A DNA stretch of 64,000 nucleotides from Geosiphon pyriformis uo1 (taxonomy: Eukaryota; Fungi; Glomeromycota), in assembly GCA_016748015.1 (NCBI GenBank), contig JAAOMT010000273.1:118375-182374 (forward strand), given 5' to 3'. The notes under the pieces are model-generated. The model saw nothing but the letters and a program-made list of their open reading frames with translations, ran no database searches and had not been told where the DNA came from. Of this stretch, positions 12,263 to 25,018 are shown one piece after another. Each line of letters starts with the position of its first letter. Within the stretch, counting starts at the first letter, position 1. A program made the translations under genes and the position numbers.

Positions 12263-13564
12263 ACTTTAGATAGCTATATAAGCGATGATTCCCTTAGCTG
12301 TAGAAAGACATGATCAAAGTAACAAAATAAACAATATCAATTACTTCCTCTCATAATCGCTTATTCCCCTTTCCTTACCTTCAAGTATCTACTTGTTGGC
12401 ATTCACATACCTTATCTTTTCTCCTTCTTGATTTGTATTTGTTAGAATTAGCCTGAGAAGCAATTGGCTTACTCTTGTAATTCATTGAATAAAGAAACAA
12501 TTAAAAAGTACAATGATATCTGTTATTAATTCTAAGAATTGCTGAGTTAAGGCATAGAATAATAGCAGTAGTGTTATCTTGTTGACAATCACAGACTGTT
12601 CCTTTATTTTCAGATTTAAGAAAAGATTAGCGACTGTGATTTTTATGAGACTGATCATGCACATTGAATTCCTACTTATTCAATTTGCTCCCTTATTGTA
12701 ATTCTTTCTTTGTTTATTTTCATCACCATACAATACTGTTCTCTCTTGCTATCTATTAGCTTGTTACTTCAACCCATAACAATATAATGATTTTGATCTA
12801 AAGATATTGTTATTTGAAGATTTTGGTTGAGTCTTTTGTACAATAAACAGAAATTCAATAGTTGTTTATCCATAACTTCCCAGAATTGCAATTCTGTCAA
12901 TTTCTTTCTTTAGCTTAATAATCAGTACTTCTCTGGTAAGTAATTCATAATTTTTTTACGTGCTCTACTTACTTGCAGGGGTCTTTTACCAGACAATCTT
13001 TGATGTTAATAACTTAGCACTTTAATTCTTTAATCAATTAGTACATAACAAAAGCAATAAAAAGAAAATAAAAGAATTAAAAGAATTAAAAGAATTAAAA
13101 GAAAATAAGAAAATAAGCCAAGACAATAAAAGTTAGTATCTCATTAATAGCCATGATTAAGAGCTATTGTTTCAGTATAGTTAAGTATTAATTACTATCA
13201 ACATAAAGTATTGATAGTGAAGAGTGAATTTGAGATAGTAAATAATTATTTATTTGGGATGTAGAGAGTTGCTTAGATCAAATCTAAACTAAGAAGTCTG
13301 CCTTTTCTACTTCTAATGCTACTAATATATATACATAATTAAGATTCAATTTTTTACACCAGGAATCCTGCAATTCTTTTGAGAGGAATCCTAGAATTCT
13401 GGAATTCTGCAATTTTTTGTATAAAAATCCTGAAATTCTTGGAATCTTGCAATTCCTTTGAGAGGAATCCTGGAATTCCACATTTACTATGGCTACTTCT
13501 GATTGGCTAATTTATATGCTAGTATACTTCTTATATTCTATAAGTAACATTATTTTTTTCTCTT

Positions 13565-14223
13565 TAATATTGAGCTCCATCAAGATCTCCCAATTCTAAT
13601 TCTTTGTCTTTAAGTATTTCTTAAACTTCTTTTTCAAGAATTACTTGTGCTATCTTGTTCCATAATTCTTCAAATTGAACATTGGTTATTTTTCCCATTT
13701 GGTTAATGGTAATGGAGTTCATTTCTGGATTGAGTAAGATTTCTGGTCAATCTTGAAATCCAGTGTGTAGCTGATAAATGGCTCTTGCTTATGTGGTCAA
13801 ATTGTTCTTTTCCACAAATTGTTCCAGTTGTTGCAGTATTGTTGTGTCAAATAATTGTTTTGTTTTATCTGTATACAAATCCTAAATGTTTAAGTATTGT
13901 TCCAAATAAAAGTAACAAAAGTTTTTTGGAAATTGTTATATCCACCAATTCCAAGTTTCTATAGTCAATTCTTGATATTGGGTGACTTTTGGTTGTGTTT
14001 CTACTGCCAATTTCACTTTTGTTATTATTTTGTCCATGGTGGTTTCTGTTTTCCTCTGTTTTTTATCTTGTGGTCCTTTTCTGGTGTTTGTGTATCTGAT
14101 ATTTTGTTGGTTGATTGTAATTTCTATCTCTTGTTGTTGAATTAGTTGAAAAAGTTGTTGTGTTAATGAGTGAATGCTGTTAGTAATCTCCATTTTTCTA
14201 CTGTTTTTTGTCACATATACCAT
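13565..14223 (-). pseudogene. Element B1 ORF3
   Basis: MVYVTKN.. and, after a frameshift, ARAIYQLH..EILLNPEMNSITINQMGKITNVQFEELW, homologous to C ORF3. Confidence 0.75.
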
Positions 14224-14229
14224 GTTTTT

Positions 14230-15633
14230 ATATACTCTTTTGGTTGTTTGATTTTATGTGTTTGGTTCAATGATTATAATTGGTTCTAGATCTTGTAGAA
14301 TCTTATCTGGTTTGACTAGTATTCTCTGTACTCCCAATTGTGAAATATTATTGATAGATAATAATAATGCTATATGGTGATATTGTTTCAGTCAATCATT
14401 ATGTACTGCTTTGGTTAAGATTTTGTTGTTTAACCTTAATTTATAAGCTCTATTTTTAAGAATTTTTTCTATGTAAAATGGTCTGTTCTATTTGAGATCA
14501 AATTTTCTATTCTATTGTTTTTTTGCTTTAGTATAATATAGAAGTACTTTGTCTTCAATCTTGAATTCAACTGGTTTCTCTGGTAGCTGGTTATTGTGTC
14601 TTTTTTTTTGTTTTTTTTGTAACTTTTAGATGTTATTAGCTGCTTTTCACTGTTTGTTTTTTAGTATCTCCATTAAGTCATATGTTCTTTTTAACAATAT
14701 TCTTTGAAAATTCTCTTCTGTTATTGGTTCTATTGGATATGTACTGACTTCTATCTCAACTGGTAATGTTGCTGTTCTACCATATACTAATTCAAATGGT
14801 GTTGCTTGTGTAGTATCTTGCTTCATTGTCTGATAAGCAAATAATACTGATGGTATAATTAAATTCTATTTGTCTTGGTTTTCTTGGCTGATTTTGGCAA
14901 TAGCTTCACACAATATTCTGTTAAACCTTTCAATTAACCTGTTTGTTTATGGATGGTATGGTGATGATAATGGTCTTTTTATCCCAAATTTTTGACTTAT
15001 TTCTGCCAATGTTCTATTCATGAAGTGAGTTTCTTGATCTAATAGTAGTTCTTTTGAACATCTATGTTGGCAGATCAAATCTTGATGAACAAATTTGGCA
15101 ATGGATTTTGCATCTGCTCTTTAAATGGCTTTTGCTTCTGGCCATTTTGTAAGATAATTCATGGCTATAGCAATATATTGGTTGTCTTTGCTGGTTATTG
15201 TTAATGATCCGACTAAGTTAATTCTAATTTAATTAAATAGTTGTCCCACTTTAATTGGTCTTAATGGTTTATTGGGTTTTGTTCCATCTCTTCTTTGACA
15301 AGCATCACAATTTTGAACATATTGGATGATGTTTGAATATATTAATGGCTAATAGTATCTTTTTTTGGTTTTTTTTATGGTTGCTTCTTTATGAAAATAT
15401 TCTGCTGTTAAATCTGAGTGTATGTTAAATAATATTGTCTCTTTTTCTGGTTCTGTAATTACTCTGGTTGGTTAATCTAGATTTCTTTTGTTCTTCCAAT
15501 AAAGTATATTTTGATGGTTAATAAAATATTTTGATTGCTGTTTTATGTAGTTTTGTTCCTTTTAAGATAATTTCTTCTTGAACAATTGGGTATTTATATA
15601 ATGTTGAAGTTGTTGGTATTTTTGTATATTCAT
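14230..15633 (-). pseudogene. Element B1 integrase
   Basis: MNIQKYQQL..; NCDACQRR; LVGSL; TKWPEAKAI; SPYHP.TNRLIERFN; PFYI. Confidence 0.88.
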
Positions 15634-15663
15634 TTTTTGTTATATTTTTGAGTTAAAATGTTT

Positions 15664-17091
15664 TTAGATTTGTTTCATTCACAACAATCCATCAGTATTT
15701 CCATTTTTTTTTCCTTTTTTATAATGTACTGTATAATTAAATAGTGAAAGTTCTATTTTCTATCTGGCATAACAATTATCTCCAAATTTTTGCTTCTGGA
15801 TTGAAGTCAATCTTTTGTGATTGGTGTACACATCAAACTTTTGACTCAAGTATTCTTTCTATTTGTTGACAGCCCAATAGATTGCTAAGTGTTCCAATGC
15901 TAGAGTTCTATAGTTTTTTTCAGCTGGACTTAAGCTTCTACTGATATAAGCTACTGGATGTTCTCATCTGTTTGGTTTTTTCTGAAATAATACTGCTCCC
16001 AATGCTTGACCAGATGCATTGGTTGTGATTATGAATGACTTGCTATGATCTGGATAGATCAGTATTGGGGCTTAAATGAGCTTTTTTCTTAATGTATCAA
16101 AAGCTTCTTGTTGAGTTTCTGTTCATTTATATTTGGTGTTCTTTGTTTGGAGTTGGTATAGTGGTTGAGCTATTTTGGAAAAGTTTTTGATAAAGCAGCA
16201 GTAGTATCTAGCAAATCCCAAGAATACTCTTAATTCTGTGAGATTATTTGGTACTGGAAAGTTTTTAACAATCTCAATCTTATCTGGATCTGTTTTAATA
16301 CTATCTTTGCTCATAACATGTCCTAAAAACTTGAGTTTTATTTTGCCAAAAAAGTATTTGTTTGTATTTAATTTTAATTCTGCTTGTCTGAGTCTTTCAA
16401 ATACTTGTTGGAGATAATACAAATGATTATCGAATGTTTTTGAGAACACATTGGTGTTATCCAAGTATACAATTACTGATTTCTATAGTAGCTTAGTATA
16501 AACAATTTCTATAAGTCACTGGAAAGTGGCTGGCACATTCATCAAGCTGAATAGCATAACTTTGAATTCAAAATTTCTTTTTTATGTTGTGAATGCTGTT
16601 TTCTCTTTATCTTCTGGTTTTATTGTTACTTGTCAGTAACCACTGTCTAAGTCTAAAGTTGAGAACTATTTTTTTCCTCCAAAAGCATCAAAAAGTTCTT
16701 GGATCTTTGGAGTTGAGTAGCTATCTTCTTTTGTTACTTTATTCAGTTTCCAGTAATTCACATAAAAGCAGATTTTTCTATTCTTCTTATGGACTAATAT
16801 CACTAATAATAACCATGAGCTCATTGATGACTGAATTAGTCTATTGTTAAGCATCCAATTAATTTCTTGATGAATGATCTCATGGCTGGCTAGTGGTACT
16901 TTGTATGCTCTTTGTTTAATTGGCATTGCATTTTCAGTTTTGATCTGGTGCTGGATTATGTCAGTTCTGCCAAATTCATTTTCATTGGCAAAGATGTTAT
17001 TGAAGTTGTTGAGTAACATCTTGAATTGCATACATTGTAGTAAGTCTAGATTTCCCAAGTTCATCTGTTCCAATTGTTCTGGTTGGAGCAA
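15664..17091 (-). pseudogene. Element B1 RT and RNase H
   Basis: PIKQRAYKVP, YLDNTNVFSK, FLGHV, FLGFARYY, NASGQALGAVL. Confidence 0.9.
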
Positions 17092-17509
17092 ATAACATTC
17101 TTCTTATCTGTATATTGTTTGTGATATGATATCTACATATCCATACAGTTGTGAAAAGTCTGGAATGGTGTCTGGCAGTTGGTCTTCAATTTCAGTGGTT
17201 AAGTATCCAATAGTGGTTTCTTCTGGTATCTTGATAATATTTTTTGTGTTATTGTAAGTGAAAATTTTGATGTACTGTAGTTTTTGGCTGGTATGTGTAG
17301 ATTAACTAATTCAATCTTTTCTGATTTACAAAGTGTTACTTCTGCCTCAAAAATCTGAATCTGATTCTTTATTTTTCTCTCTATGGTTACTATGTACTGG
17401 TTATATGGTGGAATAGAAATTAATTGATGGGTGGAAATAATTTTTTCCTTGTCAATAATCTCTTTTTTTGCCATATTAACTGGTACATCTATTCTATCTG
17501 TTAATCCGA

Positions 17510-17935
17510 ATCTTTGTATCCCTCTAGCTGTAATTTTTTAATTCTTCTCTGTTTCCCATTAATACTAATTGAGCTATTTTTACCAGAGGTAGGAATATTG
17601 TCTGTGCTATCTTTTCATTTGGCTTTATAATATAGGCTTTTTCAGAGTCATTCTGTAGCATTACAATAATATTTCCTATATATCCTGCATTGATTATTCC
17701 TCTTTTAATATAGATTCCCTTTTTTGTTAAACTATTCTTAGATGCTAATTGAATCATTATCATTGCTGGAATTTTCAGTACTATTTTAAGATCAATGCAG
17801 GTGTGTGAGTATGATTCCAGTTTGATGGCATTTTTTCTTGGATATCTTAGATCAAACTCTGTATCTGTATTATGTACATATTCTGGCATAATACCCTCAT
17901 TATTGTTGCTAAACCATTTTAGTTTCTGCTCCTTG
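17510..17935 (-). pseudogene. dut: Element B1 dUTPase domain
   Basis: DTEFDLRYP, ASKNSL, GIINAGYIGNI, EKIAQ, RGIQRFGLT (decayed motifs 1-5). Confidence 0.88.
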
Positions 17936-18099
17936 AAAAAGTTAGGGAGCACAATGTATTGTTCGGGGTTTAAATCTGAGTTTGAATTAGTGTTGTTATT
18001 ACTGTTGCCATTTTGAACAGAGCTGGAACTGTTGTTTTCATTATCATCATTATCAAAGTTTGAATTGGAATTGAAAAGTGATTTCAATTCCGATCCACA

Positions 18100-21000
18100 G
18101 CTGCTGATTGGTTTTTTTTTCTTTGAGATTGTGTAGATTATGTGTGGTAGTGAATTATAAATAAGGTCATACTCATTACAATATTAAAAGTTACAGGAAA
18201 TTAAGCAATATTAACATAATTGAGTATTCAACTGCTCTAAACACTGCTCTTGTTCTTCTCTAATAAGTGCTAATTTCTGATAGTGCTCATGGAATTGTTC
18301 TGGGTCCATAGATTCCAGGATAATATTTGGGTTTGGGCCCCAGTCAAGTTTTATAAGTTCTGGTGGGTTATTTTTGATCATTTTTATTTTTTCTGATGAC
18401 TTCTTTGATTTTGGTGAGTGTTATTCACCAGATTTTGTTATTATCATGGGGGCATCTGTCCAAATGTTTTACAGCTCTTCTCCAAGTGGTTTCTATTGGT
18501 GTTCCTTTTCTAACTCAGTCACTTATTAGAATTATGTATTAACATGATTCATTGCACGTTCCTTCTCATTTAGGAATGTCATTCCACATTCTTTCATCTA
18601 AAAGAGTTTCTCCACAAGTCAAACATGGTTCATTATCCTATTTTTTCACTTGTTTTGGTCTTCCAAAACGTTCAAAGATGCATGGGCAGCAGTAAAACTT
18701 AGTTGCTATTTGATATTTCTCATTATTGTCACAGCATGTGCTCATTGACAACAATTTCTTGCTGCAATTAATGCATATGAGCTTTGGTTAATGATAAGTA
18801 AATTGTTGTGGTGTAGTATAGGTGTAAGAATTATAAGTAATGATGCTAGTGGGTGTTGTTTCTTCTTTTTTCTCTTTTTTTTTTCTTTTGTCAGTTTTTT
18901 TCCACTTCCAAGTTGATGATTTGTCTGAGTTATTGTCAGTTTTCTAGGCTTGGTTAGCATTTCAGGTAAGTTCTTTCTTTTGTTTTTCTTTTCCATTGTC
19001 ATTCCAAGAGGGTATAAGTGGTAATTTATTGTGGTCGTCTTCAGTCTATGACACTTAATAGGCTTTCCAGGTAGGTTTTTTTTCTTTTTTTTCGAACTTG
19101 ATAAGTGGTGCTGGCATGTTAGTGGTCTTAAAATGGCCACATGTGGCTGGTACACATGTGTGTTGACTGTTCTGACTAAGTTGAAGCTTCTGTATATTCC
19201 AATCAAGTATTGCATTGGTTTTGAACAGCCAGTCATTGCCAATGAGTGCTTGGTATTGAGTGGCTTCTATGACTAATATTTTAATTAGTATAGCGATACC
19301 ATTGACTTTGATGAATAGATCATCTATTTTACCAATTAAAGTTTTGGTGGCTCTATTAGCTATAATTATTCTTGCACTGGCAGTTCGATCAACTCGGTGA
19401 TTTAATTGGTCCATAAGCTGTCTTGTGATGATGCTGCCAGCTAATCCACTATTTAGGATCAGTTTAATGAAATGACCATCAATTTTGGCATCTGTGTATA
19501 TTGCAGTAATAGGTTTTTCCTCAAGGGCAGCTTTATTGAACAAAGAGACTTCTAATAGTTCTTTGACTTCAAAGAGGAATATAGCTGTAAATAACTCATC
19601 TTCTGTGACAGTGGCTGGTGGAATGTTGCTGGTAAGTGTTGGTTATTGGTTGGTTTCCAGGTTGTTGGGTTGGGCATTTTTTGTGGTAATCAAGAGACTT
19701 AAATAGTGTTAGGAATTCAGATTTTGTGCATACCCAATTCCCGAATTTTGAGACTGTGATTCTACTTGTTGTGTAAAAGAGCTGGGAATCAGTTGGTAAA
19801 CAACCATTGCCAATCTCTAATTTTGAGTGACCCTCAATTTAGGATTTCCTGATGTTATCTGAGCTGAGTTTGATGGTGGTATTTGAACTGTGGGTGTCTG
19901 ATAAATTATTTGTGGCTGTGGTGGTTAATATATTACTTGCAGCTGTGGTTGATAAATTGGAGGTTAATATACAGGTGGTTGATAAATAGGCTGCTGTGTC
20001 ATTGGTAGGTAAGTAAGTTGATATTGATCTTGATTTGAGTTATAATTCAGAGTTTGAACTCTGCAATCAAGGTTTTAGTATTGATTTTCTAATTATAGAT
20101 TACTATAAAAATGGCAGTTAGCTCTAATGTGACTTTATTTACCATAGTTGTGGCAGACTTGCATATCTGACTGCCACAGCTGATTGGGTGATGATGATGG
20201 ATGCAACTAATTTTGGAAATGATTCATGTTTCTTATATTATTGTGTCATTGTGGTGGTTAATAAATTGCATGATTGTCAGCTAAGTATTCCTTGATTTTC
20301 TGGTTAATCGAATCATTAAATTGCTTTAGTTTGAAATCCAAGTCAGATGATCTATTTATTACTAGATTTATGGTTTGTACATGATTAGCTTCTAATTCAG
20401 CTAATTCAAAATCTCTGGTGCATGTGACTGCATCTTGTAGGTTGACTGAATGCAGTGGCCATATGTGTTGCAGGATGCTACTGCATAATCTGTGAATAAA
20501 CTGATTTAGGATCTGGGCTGTAGTGAAATAATCAGCATTGATGATTTGTATTTGGTGCAGATTTTGATAGAAACGTCTTAAGTAAGTAATGACTGCTTCA
20601 GTATCTCCCTGTTTGATGGTGGTAAAGATGTTGGCCAAGCAATTAATACTGTTGCTATTACTAAAATATCTTAAAAATTTTACTTTAAATACATTAAATA
20701 TTTGAGGTTTTTGAGCTAGGCTATAATATTATGAGTTGGCAGCATCCTGAAAAAAATAGGAAATTGCTTAAAGAACTCTGATGTTATCCCAGTTATTGGC
20801 AGTAATGGCTTTGATAATGTTATTGATCCATGTTTGGGCATCGTTTTCTTCACCAGAAAATTTTTCTAGCTTTGCAATGGGTGCATATGCCATTTGTGTA
20901 ATTAGTTGTTGTAGTAACTGTTGAATCGGCTACTGTAGTTGTTGAAATAGTTGAAGCAGTTGTTGAATAGGTTGTTAAAGAGGCTGCTGTTAAATCAGTT

Positions 21001-21838
21001 CAATAATCAGTTCAATTAGTGGCTGATTGATAACAATTACTAAAGGTAAGTTTTGCTGATTAATTGTTTTGGGGTTTGGATTGTTTTGAGTTTGTTGGGT
21101 TTGAATGTTTGGAGTTTTAACTTTTGGATTTTCTAGGATTGGGTTTTGGTAAGTAAATTCCTGATCCTCACTTTCTTCTTCTTCTAATTCTGTTACTTTT
21201 CATGAACTCGCAGTTCTAAAATCTGGTTAAGGTAGTGGTAATTGAAATCTTAATGGCATTAATGATTGTGATTTAAATCCTTCAAAATATTTGCCATATG
21301 GTCTTAATAACTCTGCTCTTTTTTGTTTACTTTGAAATGGGAATCATTTAAAGGTTGATGTTATGTTTGATGTGGATGCATTTGCTAAAGAGATATTGAT
21401 GGCACTTTTTAATATATAATAATATGATGGATTGGTTGGTGATTCAACTCTAGTTTTCTTCCAAGTAGGTGGTTGTATTTTTTTGGATGTTACTACTGGT
21501 GTTTGCAATCTTCCTTTGCCTTTGTTTGCATAGGTGATGGGAAATTGTTGTTGAGTGTACCTTTTAATGGTTTGATTGATTTCCCTGATAATTGGTGCAA
21601 AACTGTAGTTTCTTGGTAAGCTAGTATGTTAAAACAATTCTGTATAGAAATTTTCTCTTGCAGATTCAATATTAATTGTTCCTCCTAAGTAGTCTGTAAT
21701 TTTGTTGTTGACATAAAAGTTGAAGGCTGATTCTGCTGAGAAATAATTATTGTTTAATCCTAATTGCTAACTGTATTGTTGAAACAAGAATTTGGCAAAT
21801 TCTAAATGGTTTGCTCCTATAATTTTTGATTCTGCCAC
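18100..21838 (-). pseudogene. Element B1 gag, protease (~19150-19520) and Cys-rich insert (~18100-18790)
   Basis: MAYAPIAKLEKFSGEE capsid start at 20893; IKQGDTEAVITY; CCHC remnant; LILNSG; CxxC motifs. Confidence 0.85.
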
Positions 21839-24164
21839 TTTTGGATGATTGTTGTTGGTGCTGATTCTCTGTAGGATTATATTTCACAGAAAGCATCAAA
21901 TATTACAGGTAATTATTTGGGGTCTCAAAGCAAATAACAAACCCATAACTTGGTGCTTAATTAATATATATTGGTATTGATCTGAAGGTATTGTTATCTG
22001 AAGGTTTTGGTTAAGTTTTTTGTACAATAAACAAAGATTCAATAGTTGTTTATCTGTAGCTTTTCAGAATTGCAATTCTGTCAATTTTTTTCTTCAGCTT
22101 GATGGTTGGTACTTCTCTGGTAAGTAATTCATAATTCCTTTATATGTTCTATCCACTTGCAGAGGTCTTTTACCAAACAATTCTTGACATCAATAACTCA
22201 GCACTTTAATCTTTTAATTAATTAGTACACAACAAAAGCAATAAAAAGAAAATAAAAGAATTAAAAGAATTAAAAGAAAATAAGGAAATAAGCCAAGGTA
22301 ATAAAAGTTAGTATCCTATCAATAACTGTAATTAAGAGCTATTGTTTCAGTGTGGTTAAGTATCAATTACTATTAACATTTCATGTTGATAATAAAGAGT
22401 GAATTTGAGATAATAAATAATTATTTATTTGTGATGTGGAGAGTTGCTTAGATCAAATTTAAACTAAGCAGTCTGCTTTTTTTACTTCTAATACTACCAA
22501 TATATATACATAATTGAGATTCCTCAATTTTTTAATTCTTCACACTAAGAATTCTGGAATTTCTGGAATCCTGGAATTCTGAAATCTTGTAATTCTTTGT
22601 ATGAGAATTCTAAAATTCTTGGAATTTTGCAATTTCTTTGAGAGAAATTCTAGAATTCCATATTTACTATAGCTACTTCTAATTGGCTAATTTATATGCT
22701 AATATACTTCCTATATTCTATGAGTAATATTGTCTTATGTTGTTGACTGTTATCTTTTTCAAAGATCTATTCAATAATACATTTGAACAATGTTGAAAAG
22801 CAATGTATAATTGACATGCTGCTTTGTAATGTAGTATCAGGTTGCTCCTTTCTATGAATTTTTCCACTTGTTACATTGTTTTTTTGTTGAAAGTTTTCTG
22901 GTTGTAATTTCTGTATGGGTTTTTTAAGTCTAGTTGTTCTCTGATTTTGTAAAACCAATATATTAGAATTGTTGATATTTTTATGTATTTATCTTTTTAT
23001 TATATTTTTGAGTTTAAAATGTTTTTAAATTTGTTTTATTTATAACAAACTGTCAGCATTTCTGTTTTCTTTTCCTTTTTTATAATGTATGATATAAATA
23101 TATAGTGAAAGCGCTATTTTTTATCTCACATAGTGATTATCTCTGAATTCTTGCTTCTGAATTGATGTCAATTTTTTGTGATCAATGTATACTTTGAATT
23201 TTTGGCTTAAATATTCCTTCTATTTGATGACTGTTTAATAGATAGCTAAGTATTCTAATACTGGTGTTCCATAATTCTTTTCAGCTGGACTCAAATTGTG
23301 GCTAGTATATGTTACTGGGTGTTTTTTTCCATCCAGTCCTCTCGAAGATAGTACAGCTTTCAATGCTTGACCTAATATATCAGTAGTAATGATGAATGAT
23401 TTGCTGTAATCTGGATAAATTAATACTGGTATTTGGATAAGCTTTTTTGGTAGTATATTAAAAGCTTCTTGCTGGGTTTTAATCCACTTGTACTTGACAT
23501 TCTTGGTTTAAAGCTGATGAAATAATTGAGCCAGTTTGGAAAAGTCTCTAATGAAGTGGCAATAGTAACCTGCAAATCTCAAGAATGCTTGTAATTTGGT
23601 CAAGTTGGTTGGTACTAGAAATTTTTTTATTATCTTTATCTTATCTGGATCTGTTTTGATACTATTTTTGCTTATGACATGTCCCAAGAATTTTAATTCT
23701 GTTTTGCCAAAGAAGCACTTGTTTGCATTTAATTTTAATTCTGCTTGTTTAAGTCTTTTGAACATTTGCTAAAGATAATAAAGATGATTATCAAATGTTT
23801 TTGAGAACATATTGGTGTTATCCAAATATACAACTACTGATTTCTATAGTAGTTCAGTGTAAACAATTTCTATTAGCTGTTAGAATGTGGCTGGAGCATT
23901 TATTAAGCCAAATAGCATTACTTCAAATTCAAAATTTCTTTCTCTTGTTGTGAACATGGTTTTTTTTTTGTCAGTGTTATCAGTAGAATTTTAGCTATTA
24001 ATTAACATGAAATTACCCTTATAATTCCTATAATTAATTAGTATATTAATATCATTTATTATTTAATCAATTATCACATATTACGATTCAATTAAATAAT
24101 CCAATTAGTATAACAGAAAGTAGGATGATCAAATTACACAATACCCTGAACTTTGTAACATTCA

Positions 24165-24243
24165 AAAATTCGCCAAAATTTACAGAAATTCGCCGAAATT
24201 TATAAAAAATTCGCCGAAATTTATAGAAATTCGCCGAAATTAT
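24165..24243 (+). repeat. ~20-bp tandem repeat AAATTCGCCGAAATTTA in the C LTR U3 (also 33091-33170)
   Basis: Four clear units plus two degenerate ones. Confidence 0.9.
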
Positions 24244-25018
24244 GAATAGTTCACCCAAATTAATCAATAGTTTAGTGAAATAACTTGTAGTCCATCAAAG
24301 TGTATCTTTAGTTTGCCAAAATTTGAGCAAAGAGAAAAAGTGCAAGTTCATAGACTAGTACTACAACAAGTTGTATAAAAAAAGAGCTTTTCTCTTCAAG
24401 AAAATGTATTTTACTTTAAATTTATCACTTAGAACCATTCTTATACACACAAAAAGAAATAAATATCAAATAAATTCAAAAAATCAAATTCTTTAATTAT
24501 TGCACTTGGAAAATCTCCAAAACCCAACTAACGTTTTGAAATTGATTAGCTACCAATTTCAGTAAACTGTTAGTGACTCCAAGCCTAAATAGAAAGCGTT
24601 TTCCTTGATAAAATCCTATTTCTTTTACATTTCTTTTATTTTTCTTTTCTTTTCTTATTACAATTATTAGGGTAGCCTACAGATGAGATTCTTGTAGAAG
24701 AGTTGACTTTCACAGCAAAGTAACTACATATTTTTAGTGAGCTTCCAGATGAGCAATTCCTAGGAAAGAGTTGACATTTACTACAATGTAACTACATAAA
24801 GTAACTGACACAGAATTGGTTATTCTACTCATAAGCCCAGCAGTTCAAATTATAGGAAATAATTTGAAGATAAATTCAGTTATTGGAGGTTCAACTACTT
24901 CTAGAAAACGTGAATTTGCAACCAACAGACATTTACAACATTCAAGAAAAGAAACCAAAAACCTCCAGTAACATTTGGTGCTTTCCCACGGAAATAACAC
25001 AGGAACAACAAATTCAAA

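Larger units (their letters stand above)
4925..12781 (+). mobile_element. Full-length Ty3/gypsy element A: LTRs 4925-5674 and 12008-12781
   Basis: TG..CA LTRs; TSD ATAT (4921-4924 and 12782-12785). Removing the element restores the B LTR sequence seen at ~21960. PBS and PPT present. Confidence 0.95.
4856..22729 (-). mobile_element. Full-length Ty3/gypsy element B1: 5' LTR 21901-22729; 3' LTR 4856-4924 plus 12786-13549
   Basis: Paired LTRs; perfect TSD TTGT (4852-4855 and 22730-22733); PBS ~21882-21898; PPT ~13550-13566; domain order gag-PR-Cys-rich-dUTPase-RT-RH / IN / ORF3. Confidence 0.93.

Noticed and set aside
21840-22190. Gag frame apparently starting inside the 5' LTR and reading through the PBS (also ORF 24883-25110)
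   Set aside because: Frame-shifting indels between the B1 and B2 LTRs break it, B2 has an in-frame TAA at the LTR end, and the ATG is not conserved.
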